A stretch of DNA of 64,000 nucleotides from Candidatus Hodarchaeota archaeon (GTDB taxonomy: Archaea > Asgardarchaeota > Lokiarchaeia > Sigyniarchaeales > SOKP01): positions 23,838 to 87,837 of the forward strand of contig JBHLJY010000010.1 of the NCBI GenBank assembly GCA_048887225.1. Direction: 5' to 3'. Made by a program: the position numbers and the translations under genes. Positions within the stretch are counted from its first letter, which is position 1. Each line of letters begins with the position of its first letter. This document shows, piece by piece, positions 1 through 9,442 of the stretch. Below the pieces are notes generated by a model. The model saw nothing but the letters and a program-made list of their open reading frames with translations. It ran no database searches and was not told the origin of the DNA.

Positions 1-207
1 TTTGGATCCTTCAGCAATCATTTTCTTTTTTGCTAAAGATATTATGATCTTCGTAATTCCTTCATTATTAATATTTATTGATGATTTAGCAAATCTGGAA
101 TTGATATAAGAAATTATTTTTTTTATTTCAAATACTCGATTTTTATTTAAGTAATCTTTAATTACCTCAAATACAATGTCTTCATGCTTTACTGAGATCC
201 GTTTCAT
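1..207 (-). CDS. Partial gene (runs off window start); probable winged-helix DNA-binding protein
   Basis: Own translation: ATG at 207 directly abuts the TAA of 208..2208 (TAAATG); 69 open codons MKRISVKHEDIVFEVIKDYLNKN...KKKMIAEGSK. The wHTH call is resemblance only. Confidence 0.6.
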   Translation of the reverse strand, partial: MKRISVKHEDIVFEVIKDYLNKNRVFEIKKIISYINSRFAKSSININNEGITKIIISLAKKKMIAEGSK

Positions 208-2208
208 TTAATTACACCACTCATCAATATATTCTTGTTGATTAGTATTCTCTGAATCCGATTCCTTTAATTTCACTATTCCATCAAAGATTTTCTGTCT
301 TTCTTCAGGTGTAAAAGAGAGCATGTTTTTTATAAATTCTACTTTATCTTTATCATCAAGGTCAAAGTCTTCTATTTTTTCCCAGAATTCGTCTGATATT
401 GCAGTAACATCTAAATCATAAAATAAAGCAGGTTTTTCAAGAGCATTTTTATCATTTAAAACTCTGAGAAGATTTTTATTTTCCACATATTCTTTTATGT
501 TCGTCGATTTGATAATATTTTTATCGGAACTCTTAATTAAAGGTTTAGTATTAAGTGTTTCTTTTTGAGTTGACTTAGCTATTGTTTTACTTCTTGTTTT
601 ATAGTAATGCATTGAAGTAGCTGTGATTATACTTAAAGAACAAATAATTATTGCGAGAATTAATAAGATAAATATATTGATATAATCGATTCCATCATCA
701 ACGTCACTCTTACTGCTTGATATTGGAAAAAAATCAAATGATTTTATCTCGCCAGTAAGAGCAAAAATCGATGTATGATTTATTGAAACAACTATTAAAC
801 CATTACCAAGATCGGTAAACTGAATTTCTTCCCATGCTCCATCTCCATCATTGGCATCAGAATTAAACCAACATACTTTTATATTGTTATATTTATTGCG
901 ATCGAATATGATTGTAATATTAATAGGAGCTTCATGGGTTTGATCTAAATTATCAGTATCGTTAAGTTCTAACTCTATAAATACAATCTCGTTATCAAGA
1001 GGGTCATACGTTGGAGTTTCGTTAAAAGCAGAAAAAAATACTTTGGTGTCATCTATAAGCGCAATTGAAATATTAACATCAACATTATCAACACCATAGG
1101 GTTCAATTTCTAATTCATTTATTCCAGCAAACATTATTTTTGTATAATAAGTATTATTCTCAATTATATTCCCAAAACACCCATTTGCTTCAGTAATAGA
1201 AAATACATTACCAACTATGGTGTTCCATGAGACATTATTATAATTAGTATAATATAAATAAATTCCATATGTGTTATTATTAATGATGTTTGCCGAAATA
1301 GTATTATTGTTACTATATGATAATTTAATCCCTTCTGCGTTGTTGATTACAGTGTTTCTCGAGATGTTGTTATTATCACAGAAGAGTAAAAATATTCCGT
1401 TTCCGTTGTTCTCATTTGCGGTGTTTCCCCAAATGAAGTTATTATTGCTACCTAAACATAATGCTATCCCCCATATCGCATTAGAAGATAAATCATTGAG
1501 GATAATCTGATTATTAGTACTAGAATCTAAGTATATCCCATATATATTATTAAACACTCGATTCTTGTAAATTATGTTATTATCGCTATTAGATAAATAT
1601 ATCCCAATGTTATTATACGCAGTATTTTCCGAGACTGTGTTATTAGATATAGTGTTATTATCGCTATTATATAGAATTATTCCATGTTGTAGGTTTCTAT
1701 TTACGATATTATTAAAAATGGTGTTATTATTACTAAATTCTAAAAGGATACCATGTTTATTATCAAACGAGCAGTTATTATTAATTAAAGTTCCATTATT
1801 AACATTAATCAATTTGATTCCTGCATCGCCCCATAATGATCCTGAATTATAAACTGTACAATTTACAATTCTGAAATAAGCACTTGAATTCTCAATAATA
1901 ATACCACTATCCGAACCCCCAGCGTCTATTTTTATGTTTTCGATAACATAAGGATCATCCCAACTTCCATTGCCTCTACACCAATCATAGCTGGCAGCAA
2001 TCGACCAATTAGCATCAGTAATATGAATAAATGTAAAATTATTCCACGTTTTAGAAGTTTTTGCGCGATTCCTGCTAACATTGCTATTATTATTTTGTAT
2101 ATTTTCTTCAGTTTCTATTATATTACTGTTTAAATTACTACTGATAACACTTGATAAAACAAAAAAAGCAATTAAAGCAATTATAAATATTTCTTTTTTT
2201 CTTTTCAT
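208..2208 (-). CDS. Single-pass membrane protein with right-handed parallel beta-helix (NosD/CASH-like) ectodomain and cytoplasmic tail
   Basis: Signal-like N-terminus (MKRKK + hydrophobic), many GIxLxxSxNNxIxxN repeats, GxGSWDDPYVIEN motif, TM helix near aa 510-535, charged C-terminal domain. Confidence 0.8.
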   Translation of the reverse strand: MKRKKEIFIIALIAFFVLSSVISSNLNSNIIETEENIQNNNSNVSRNRAKTSKTWNNFTFIHITDANWSIAASYDWCRGNGSWDDPYVIENIKIDAGGSDSGIIIENSSAYFRIVNCTVYNSGSLWGDAGIKLINVNNGTLINNNCSFDNKHGILLEFSNNNTIFNNIVNRNLQHGIILYNSDNNTISNNTVSENTAYNNIGIYLSNSDNNIIYKNRVFNNIYGIYLDSSTNNQIILNDLSSNAIWGIALCLGSNNNFIWGNTANENNGNGIFLLFCDNNNISRNTVINNAEGIKLSYSNNNTISANIINNNTYGIYLYYTNYNNVSWNTIVGNVFSITEANGCFGNIIENNTYYTKIMFAGINELEIEPYGVDNVDVNISIALIDDTKVFFSAFNETPTYDPLDNEIVFIELELNDTDNLDQTHEAPINITIIFDRNKYNNIKVCWFNSDANDGDGAWEEIQFTDLGNGLIVVSINHTSIFALTGEIKSFDFFPISSSKSDVDDGIDYINIFILLILAIIICSLSIITATSMHYYKTRSKTIAKSTQKETLNTKPLIKSSDKNIIKSTNIKEYVENKNLLRVLNDKNALEKPALFYDLDVTAISDEFWEKIEDFDLDDKDKVEFIKNMLSFTPEERQKIFDGIVKLKESDSENTNQQEYIDEWCN

Positions 2209-2597
2209 ACAGTTTAGTTCTTTATTTTAGTAAATCTATTTTGATTATCTTGGTTTGAAATTAGCTTAAAACTAAGTGTTTTACTCAAATTCCTATGATA
2301 ATATTTTTTTTTCAAATTTTTTTTAATACTAATGATAACTAATTCTTCTTAATAAAGATTGTGCGATATTGATCATCACTCCTTATTATTCCCCAGAAAG
2401 GTTTTTAGTCAATATTGATAAGATTTAATCTAAGGAATGTAGAATAAAAAAATGGAAATTTAAAAAAGGAAGGTTTCTGACAATAAATATCTAAAATCAA
2501 TAGATATTTAAATATATGCAATTATTATGCAGATGGGATTAAGTAAGAATATAAAGTCATAAAAAAAACAAGAGTAAAATTTGAAAAATGAGAAAAA

Positions 2598-5231
2598 ATG
2601 GCTTATCAAAAAGAAAATTTTCGTGAAAAATATAGAGATTTGTTTGAATATTCATTAGATTTAATTTACCTTCATGATTTAAAAGGTACTATCTTGGATG
2701 CAAATAACACAACATTAACGAGTTTTGGCTATAATCAAGAAGATCTCTCGAACATTTCCTTTATAGATTTAATCGATAATGAGCAGGTAACAAAATTTTT
2801 TAATGCTTTAAAAGAAATTGAGGAAAATGGAAAATCTTTGAAAAAATACGTATACAAAATCAAAAGAAAAGATGGAAATTATCTTTATATTAAAACACAT
2901 GGAATACCGCTCAGGAAAAACGATGTAATTTATGCTATATTAAATATTGGAAATGATATCACTGAGCGCATGATTAAAAAAAAAACCCTAAAAGAATCTG
3001 AAGAAAGATATCGGCTTTTCTTGGAAAATGCAAATGATTTAATTTCCATTATTAACGAGAAATTTGAATTTAAATACATCAACGAAAAAGTTCATAAAAA
3101 ATTAATGGGATATTCAAATGAAGATTTAATAGGTAAGTATGTATTAAAATTTATCCATCCAGATGATGTTGAAAAAGTCAATGAAGCTGTAAATAAAGCT
3201 TTGGAAAGTGCCGAAGCAAATGTAGAAATAAGATTTCGAAATAAAAAAGGGGATTATATTTGGCTTGAAGTTAGGGGAAAGGTATTTTTCGATAATAATG
3301 ACCAAAAAGGTCTTTTAATTTCAAGAGATATTTCAGAGCGCAAAAATACGGAACAAAGGTTAAAAGAATCCGCAGAAAAATACCGCCTTATCACGGAAAA
3401 TGCAAATGATTTAATTGTTATCCTAGATGAAAAATTTAAAGTTGAATACGTTAATGAACAAGTTGTTTCGAAATTTTGGGGATACTCAAAAGAAGAAATA
3501 GTCGGTAAATCTTCATTAGAATTCATACATCCAGACGATCATAAAATTGCTATTGAATCCCTTAAGAAAGGATTTATAGATGGCGCAGGCTCTGCAGAAA
3601 TAAGGCTTAAAAATAAAATGGGAGATTGGTTATGGTTCGAATGTCTGGGAAATATATTTCTTAATACAAAAGGCGAATCAAAAGCTCTAATCATTTGTAG
3701 AGATGTGGATGAAAAATATAAAACAAATCAAACACTAAAAGAATCTGAAGAAAAATACCGGCTTATCTCTGAAAATGCAAATGATTTAATTGTAATTTTA
3801 AATAATAAATTTATAGTTGAATACGTTAATGAACAAGTTGTCTCGAGATTATGGGGATATTCAGGAAAAGAAATAGTCAGTAAATCTGGATTAGAATTCA
3901 TACATCCCGACGATCATATAATTGCTCTTGAAGCCTTTAGGAAAGCGCTTATAGATGGCGTAGGCTATACAGAAATAAGGCTTAAAAATAAAATTGGAAA
4001 TTGGTTATGGTTTCAAATTAGTGGAACTAAATTTCTTAATAATAAAGGTGAAGTAAAGCTTCTCATAATTGGAAGAGATGTGAATGAAAGATATACAACA
4101 GAGCAAAAATTAAAAAATTCAGAACGAGATCTTAAGGAGCGAGTTAAAGAACTCACTTGTTTATACGAATTATCAAAGCTTCTTGAAAATCCAAATCTTT
4201 CTTTAGAAGAAATAATAAAAAAAACTCTCAATTTAATTCTATCTGCATGTAAATTTCCTAATTCTACATGTGTGAAGATTATATTTAATACTAATGAGTT
4301 TAAAACGAGTAATTTTATGGAGACAGAATATGAATTATCAATGAGTATTGAAGTCCAAAAAAAAGAATTGAACATTAAACTTTATCATCTTGATGATAAA
4401 CCATTTCTCAAGGAAGAAGAAAATTTAATAATGGATATCGGAAAGCGATTAAAAGCTATTATTGAGAAAATACAAGCTGAGGATAAATTACGACAATTTA
4501 TTTCCTTAGTTTCTCACGAATTACGAAATCCAATATCAGTACTTGTACAGACATTAAACAACTTGGAAAAGTACAAGGATAAAATTTCAAAAGAAATGAA
4601 AATCAAATTAAATGAAGCTCTCTCTCGAAATGTTAAATTACTATTTGATTTAGTAGAAGATCTTTTAATAACTTCTAGAATTGATGAGAAAAGAATAAAG
4701 TTAATCTGGAGAGAGTACCGACCTTATCAAATTATTCGTGATTTGATAGAGCTAATGAATCCCATTCGAGAGATGAAAGAAATAACTATTGAGCTTAATA
4801 TAGATAAAGAACTTCAATTATTCGGAGATTACAGAAGAATAAGTCAAATTTTTAGAATTTTACTCGATAATGCCTTAAAATACTCCTATGAAAAGTCAAA
4901 GATAATCATTAATACTGTGGATCATTACAAAGGAAAATATAATTCACAGGAGATTGATGGTGTATTATTTCAATTCAAAGATTTTGGATTAGGCATCAGT
5001 GAAGAAGATTTACCACATTTATTTGAGCGTTTCTTCAGAGCAAGAAACGTGGAAACTATTTCTGGAACAGGTTTAGGATTAGCTATTGCAAAAGAATTAA
5101 TAAATCTTCATTATGGAGAAATATTTGTTGAGAGTAAGTATGGAATAGGAACGACTTTTTCGGTATTTCTCCCAAGATTGGAAAAGTTCTTAGAAAACGA
5201 AATAAATGGTCAATTAATAAGTATAAAATAG
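2598..5231 (+). CDS. Cytoplasmic multi-PAS (4x PAS/PAC) sensor histidine kinase
   Basis: Repeated PAS signatures (ENANDLI, FIHPDD, RD), H-box SHELRNP, N-box LLDNALKY, G1 DFGLGI, F-box FERFFR, G2 GTGLGL; no TM helix. Confidence 0.95.
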   Translation: MAYQKENFREKYRDLFEYSLDLIYLHDLKGTILDANNTTLTSFGYNQEDLSNISFIDLIDNEQVTKFFNALKEIEENGKSLKKYVYKIKRKDGNYLYIKTHGIPLRKNDVIYAILNIGNDITERMIKKKTLKESEERYRLFLENANDLISIINEKFEFKYINEKVHKKLMGYSNEDLIGKYVLKFIHPDDVEKVNEAVNKALESAEANVEIRFRNKKGDYIWLEVRGKVFFDNNDQKGLLISRDISERKNTEQRLKESAEKYRLITENANDLIVILDEKFKVEYVNEQVVSKFWGYSKEEIVGKSSLEFIHPDDHKIAIESLKKGFIDGAGSAEIRLKNKMGDWLWFECLGNIFLNTKGESKALIICRDVDEKYKTNQTLKESEEKYRLISENANDLIVILNNKFIVEYVNEQVVSRLWGYSGKEIVSKSGLEFIHPDDHIIALEAFRKALIDGVGYTEIRLKNKIGNWLWFQISGTKFLNNKGEVKLLIIGRDVNERYTTEQKLKNSERDLKERVKELTCLYELSKLLENPNLSLEEIIKKTLNLILSACKFPNSTCVKIIFNTNEFKTSNFMETEYELSMSIEVQKKELNIKLYHLDDKPFLKEEENLIMDIGKRLKAIIEKIQAEDKLRQFISLVSHELRNPISVLVQTLNNLEKYKDKISKEMKIKLNEALSRNVKLLFDLVEDLLITSRIDEKRIKLIWREYRPYQIIRDLIELMNPIREMKEITIELNIDKELQLFGDYRRISQIFRILLDNALKYSYEKSKIIINTVDHYKGKYNSQEIDGVLFQFKDFGLGISEEDLPHLFERFFRARNVETISGTGLGLAIAKELINLHYGEIFVESKYGIGTTFSVFLPRLEKFLENEINGQLISIK
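3361..4095 (+). repeat. Intragenic ~375-nt tandem duplication (PAS3/PAS4)
   Basis: Near-identical DNA at a 375-nt offset, e.g. gaaaatgcaaatgatttaattgt, gttgaatacgttaatgaacaagttgt, cagaaataaggcttaaaaataaa. Confidence 0.85.
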
Positions 5232-5264
5232 AAAAAAATAACGTGTAATTAAGGTTGAAAAAAA

Positions 5265-5642
5265 ATGAACCCGCTAATACTTATAGTTGATGATAATGTT
5301 GATTTGTTATTAAATCTACAAATGACCTTGGAATTCAATAATTATAAAGTTCTTTCCGCAGAAAATGGAAAAGAGGCTTTAAAAATTCTCAAAGAAATTG
5401 ATTACCTTCCAGAACTCATTATAAGTGACATTATGATGCCTAAAATGAATGGATATGAATTATTCAAGACTGTATCCAAAAATTCGCGTTGGAATAGTGT
5501 TCCCTTTTTATTTTTGAGTGCATACTCTCCTACAAAAGAAGATATAATAGATAATAATATCAATACCAATGATATTATCATTAAACCATTTAAAGAAGAT
5601 GAGTTACTCAGAATTATTTCTGATAAAATAACTATGAAATAA
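5265..5642 (+). CDS. Stand-alone response regulator receiver (CheY-like)
   Basis: ILIVDD, ISDIMMPKMNG (phospho-Asp), FLSA, KPF. Confidence 0.93.
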   Translation: MNPLILIVDDNVDLLLNLQMTLEFNNYKVLSAENGKEALKILKEIDYLPELIISDIMMPKMNGYELFKTVSKNSRWNSVPFLFLSAYSPTKEDIIDNNINTNDIIIKPFKEDELLRIISDKITMK

Positions 5643-5716
5643 GAGAAAAATTTTTTCTCTTTAAAATTTATAGATCTAAAATAGTAAAAAATAAAACAAA
5701 AAAAAGTTGTAAAAAT

Positions 5717-6601
5717 TTGAATCCGTTAATACTTATAGTAGATGATAATATTGATTTATTATTAAATCTACAAATGACCTTGGAATCCAATGATTATGAA
5801 GTTCTTTCCGCAAAAAATGGAATAGAAGCTATAGAAATTCTCATAGAACTTGATCGCCTTCCAGAAATCATTATAAGTGACATTATGATGCCTAAAATGA
5901 ATGGATATGATTTATTTAAATCTTTATCAGAAAATCCAATTTGGAATCGTATTCCATTTATATTTTTATCTGCTCGAGATGCGCCTGAAGATATTAGATT
6001 TGGAAAAATGTTAGGTATCGATGATTATATTATTAAACCATTTAGAGAAGAGGATTTACTCGCAATTGTTGCTGGAAAAATTTCTCGAAATAGAAACATT
6101 GAATTAATTAATAAAAAAATAGAAGAAATGTTCTCATCCTTGAAAATAGACATAACTCCTTCAATTTCTGATAAAGAAAAAAGTCATATTATTTTGTTAT
6201 GTATGTATTGGGATGATAAATATGGTCCTAAATTAATATCTCATTTTCCTAGAGATATAAATTTGCCATTTAAAATGGAAAAAGTAGGACAACAGTTATT
6301 TAATGCCATAACAACTCTTTATGGGTATGAAGATATAACCAAAGCTGAAGGAATTTTACTTAATATTGAAAATATTAAAATGAATGGATTTATTTTCTTC
6401 GATTCATATAAAGATGTTACTGTAAGAGGGGGAGAGCAACAATATATGATAGGATTAGTTGCTTCCAAGATAAATTATTTTGAATCTTTAAAAATAAAGG
6501 AAATTTTTATAGAAATATCTTTAAAAATAAAAGAGAAGGAAAATTGGGAAATAGAAAAATACTGGGAAAAACTTTCAACCATTTTATCTTACCATTTTTA
6601 A
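5717..6601 (+). CDS. Receiver domain fused to C-terminal uDENN/longin-like domain
   Basis: REC aa 1-122 (D55). C-terminus has the uDENN/longin strand-GP motif LCMYWDDKYGPKLISHFP and the motif KDVTVRGG (R237). Confidence 0.8.
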   Translation: MNPLILIVDDNIDLLLNLQMTLESNDYEVLSAKNGIEAIEILIELDRLPEIIISDIMMPKMNGYDLFKSLSENPIWNRIPFIFLSARDAPEDIRFGKMLGIDDYIIKPFREEDLLAIVAGKISRNRNIELINKKIEEMFSSLKIDITPSISDKEKSHIILLCMYWDDKYGPKLISHFPRDINLPFKMEKVGQQLFNAITTLYGYEDITKAEGILLNIENIKMNGFIFFDSYKDVTVRGGEQQYMIGLVASKINYFESLKIKEIFIEISLKIKEKENWEIEKYWEKLSTILSYHF

Positions 6602-6688
6602 ATGTCATATATGCTTTTAATAAAGAAAATAGATAAAGCAAAAAAGTTGTTGATATAGAATAAATTGATTAAAAAATCAGGTATTAAT

Positions 6689-7204
6689 ATGAAAAAGAGT
6701 GTTAAAATCATTATCGCTGGAGACGGCGGAGTTGGAAAGACTACTTTCTTGCACAGATTCATCACCGGCAAATTTTACTCTAAGTTCGAACTGACTAAAG
6801 GTGTCTCCTTTTTTAATAAAGATTTGAAAATAAATAGAGAAGTCTACCAATTGATATTATGGGACTTTGCTGGACAACTTCAATTTAGAGAGCTTCTACC
6901 AGATTTTGTTAAAGGTTTGGTTGGTGCAATCCTTATGTTTGATTTATCTAGATTTGACACTTTAAAGAGATTAGATAATTGGGTAAAAATGATTAACAAA
7001 GAACAAATTGTTCCAATAATCATCGTAGGAGGCAAGTACGATTTAGTAAAGGATGAGATAGAGACTATTCTGAATATAGACAATATTATCTTAAACTTTC
7101 TAATGAACAACGACACATGTTTCTCTTATTTAAAAACATCCTCAAAAACTGGATATAATGTAAAAAAAGCGTTCGATTTATTAATTTATGAACTCATTTT
7201 ATAG
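6689..7204 (+). CDS. Rab/Ras-like small GTPase
   Basis: G1 GDGGVGKT, G2 Thr (LTKGVSF), G3 WDFAGQ, G4 GKYD, G5 SSK. ATG at 6689 preferred over the TTG at 6665. No C-terminal prenylation motif. Confidence 0.93.
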   Translation: MKKSVKIIIAGDGGVGKTTFLHRFITGKFYSKFELTKGVSFFNKDLKINREVYQLILWDFAGQLQFRELLPDFVKGLVGAILMFDLSRFDTLKRLDNWVKMINKEQIVPIIIVGGKYDLVKDEIETILNIDNIILNFLMNNDTCFSYLKTSSKTGYNVKKAFDLLIYELIL

Positions 7205-7454
7205 GTTGTTTAAAAAATTTCGATAAATATTTAATACAGATTTTATCGTTCCAATTGACTTTAATTTTAAAAAATGTCGTTGTCAACTACAAGATCATTA
7301 TTGGGAAAATAAATAAAAAAGCTTCAATAAGATTTTCGTTTCTTATTTTCCTTTGAAGTTTAAGTTTATACAATCTATATTTTAATTTATAAATTATAAA
7401 TGGTAAAAATCACTTTCTTAAATAATAGACATTACATGAAATTTGGGAATAAAA

Positions 7455-7994
7455 ATGATTAGCGATAAATTAAAATTAGATGATATAGACCGTAAAATAA
7501 TATCATTAGTTCAAGAATATCCAGATATGACGCACACACAAATAGCAGAAAAAATCGAACGGTCGCAACCTACGGTTGGAATGCGAATTAAGAAGCTTGA
7601 AAAGTCGGGGGTTTTACAATTCCAGCCAGGAATAAATTTTAAAAAAGTTGAGCTTTTTTTAGCAACTGTTGAATTAAATACAAAAGATCCCGATATAGTA
7701 ATGGATATGGCAAAATGTTGTCCATTTATGCTCAATGCATTTAGAGTTAGTGGTGAGCATAATGTATGCGTTCTTTTGGCGAGTTCAAACCTAGAAAAAC
7801 TTGAAAACGTTGTTAATTACCATTTTCGTGGTAAACCAGATGTAAGTAGGGTTTCAATGGAAGTCATAACGGAGATTGCAAATGATTTAATAATGCCAAT
7901 AGATTTTGATTCTGAAATCCATGAACCAACATTAGAAAGTGGCTGTGGCGAGAAATGTAAATTTCTCATTGCTAAAAAAGAAGGTAGGATTTAA
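7455..7994 (+). CDS. Lrp/AsnC family transcriptional regulator
   Basis: LDDIDRKII...HTH...RIKKLEKSG, then a RAM domain (SGEHN). ATG at 7455 is the likely start (ORF track uses 7443). Confidence 0.9.
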   Translation: MISDKLKLDDIDRKIISLVQEYPDMTHTQIAEKIERSQPTVGMRIKKLEKSGVLQFQPGINFKKVELFLATVELNTKDPDIVMDMAKCCPFMLNAFRVSGEHNVCVLLASSNLEKLENVVNYHFRGKPDVSRVSMEVITEIANDLIMPIDFDSEIHEPTLESGCGEKCKFLIAKKEGRI

Positions 7995-8008
7995 AAAAAA
8001 GAATTCAC

Positions 8009-8587
8009 TTATTCTTCTTTTTCGATATCTTGAAACTTAAACTTTGGTAAATCTTCCTTTAAATGACAATCTGGTCCGCAATATCGACCGTTAAAATTCT
8101 CAATTTGGAAGTCAATAGGGACAACAAAGTCGTGAATGCTGTCTATTAAAATATTAGTTTTTACGTTAATTACGTCGTTATCTTTACGAAAGCATAAATC
8201 AATCAATCTCTCAATAGTTTGTAGGTCGGAAGCTGAAATAAAACACAAGAGATTGAATTCTCCGCTGATTTTAAAAGCATGATTAATAAAAGGGCAGTCT
8301 TGAATTTTTTCTACAATCTTATCAACATCTTTTGTAGATATAAATACAATCGCAACTTTAATATCAACTTTCTTGATATTAAATCCAACTTGTTTTGTTA
8401 GGAGATGTTTACGCTCTAGTTTTATTATTCTAGCTCCTACTGCTGGTTGACTCTTTTCAATTTCTTTCGCTATATCTGAGTGTGTAATGTCTGGATCTTT
8501 TTCTATCATCTCGATGATTTTTTTATCATCGTCATCAATACTTAATAACTCATTAAAATTTTTTTTCTTCATGGTCATTATGAACAT
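8009..8587 (-). CDS. Lrp/AsnC family transcriptional regulator (paralogue, convergent)
   Basis: IDDDDKKII, SQPAVGARIIKLE, SGEFNL; alignable with 7455..7994. Confidence 0.9.
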   Translation of the reverse strand: MFIMTMKKKNFNELLSIDDDDKKIIEMIEKDPDITHSDIAKEIEKSQPAVGARIIKLERKHLLTKQVGFNIKKVDIKVAIVFISTKDVDKIVEKIQDCPFINHAFKISGEFNLLCFISASDLQTIERLIDLCFRKDNDVINVKTNILIDSIHDFVVPIDFQIENFNGRYCGPDCHLKEDLPKFKFQDIEKEE

Positions 8588-8722
8588 AACTCCTAATAAT
8601 AAAAATTTAGTTTTTACACTTAAAAATCTTTTTAAGTGGATTGCTGTTAATTAATAAAATTATTTGAAGTTATTATTTTATTTTATAAATTTCTGAAAAA
8701 AAATAAAAACAAATAATAAACT

Positions 8723-9241
8723 CTATAATACTTCAAGTATGGCGTCTATGTCGAGCCAGCCCTGTTTTGCGTGGATTAATGTCCCATCAGTATCAACAAC
8801 AAATTGTCCAGGACCTTGTTGCTCCCACCCTTCGTATTCACCATGTTCTATTCCGGCTTTTAAGGTTTCTTTCAGCTTACTCCTTACCTGTTTTATTGCT
8901 TCAGATGTCATCATACCCAATCCATAATCTTTGTATAATTCATCTTTTGAGCTGGGAATTACTGGAAAACTGATATTTTTCTTTTCAATAAATTCTTTTG
9001 CTACTTTTTCACCAGACTGCGTTATATATAATATTTTAGCTCCTTTATGAATAATCTCAAATAATCTAGCTAACAATCTATTTAGGTCTAAATGGCAAAT
9101 AGGACATCCAAAATATCTTGAAAAAATTATAACGATTTTTTGTTTACCTATTTCCTCCGCTAAATCAATTGTACCTGCATTATATGAGTCCAATTTAAAT
9201 AAAGGTGCCTTATCTCCAACTTTTATTTCATTTACGCCCAT
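8723..9241 (-). CDS. Peroxiredoxin-like AhpC/TSA (redoxin) protein
   Basis: VGDKAPLF, RYFGCPIC (CxxC), PGQFVVDTDG. Confidence 0.85.
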   Translation of the reverse strand: MGVNEIKVGDKAPLFKLDSYNAGTIDLAEEIGKQKIVIIFSRYFGCPICHLDLNRLLARLFEIIHKGAKILYITQSGEKVAKEFIEKKNISFPVIPSSKDELYKDYGLGMMTSEAIKQVRSKLKETLKAGIEHGEYEGWEQQGPGQFVVDTDGTLIHAKQGWLDIDAILEVL

Positions 9242-9442
9242 ATTTTTTCACTTAAAAATTTGATTTCATCTAAAAGTTACAAATTTAATTTTTAAAATTC
9301 AATAGATATATTTTTTTCTTAAAGAAAATAAATATTTCATATTAAATTCATTAAAAGGTTTTAATATTTAATTTTAATATTTAATATAAGATAAAAATAT
9401 AGTAAATCAATTCATTTAATGTTAAAATTCGAATAGAAAAAA

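Noticed and set aside
1150-1900. Repetitive ttatta/ttgtta pattern as a CRISPR or DNA repeat array
   Set aside because: Explained by Asn-rich beta-helix codons; no constant repeat-spacer period
8723-9241. Possible selenoprotein peroxiredoxin-like gene
   Set aside because: The active site is CPIC with no in-frame TGA
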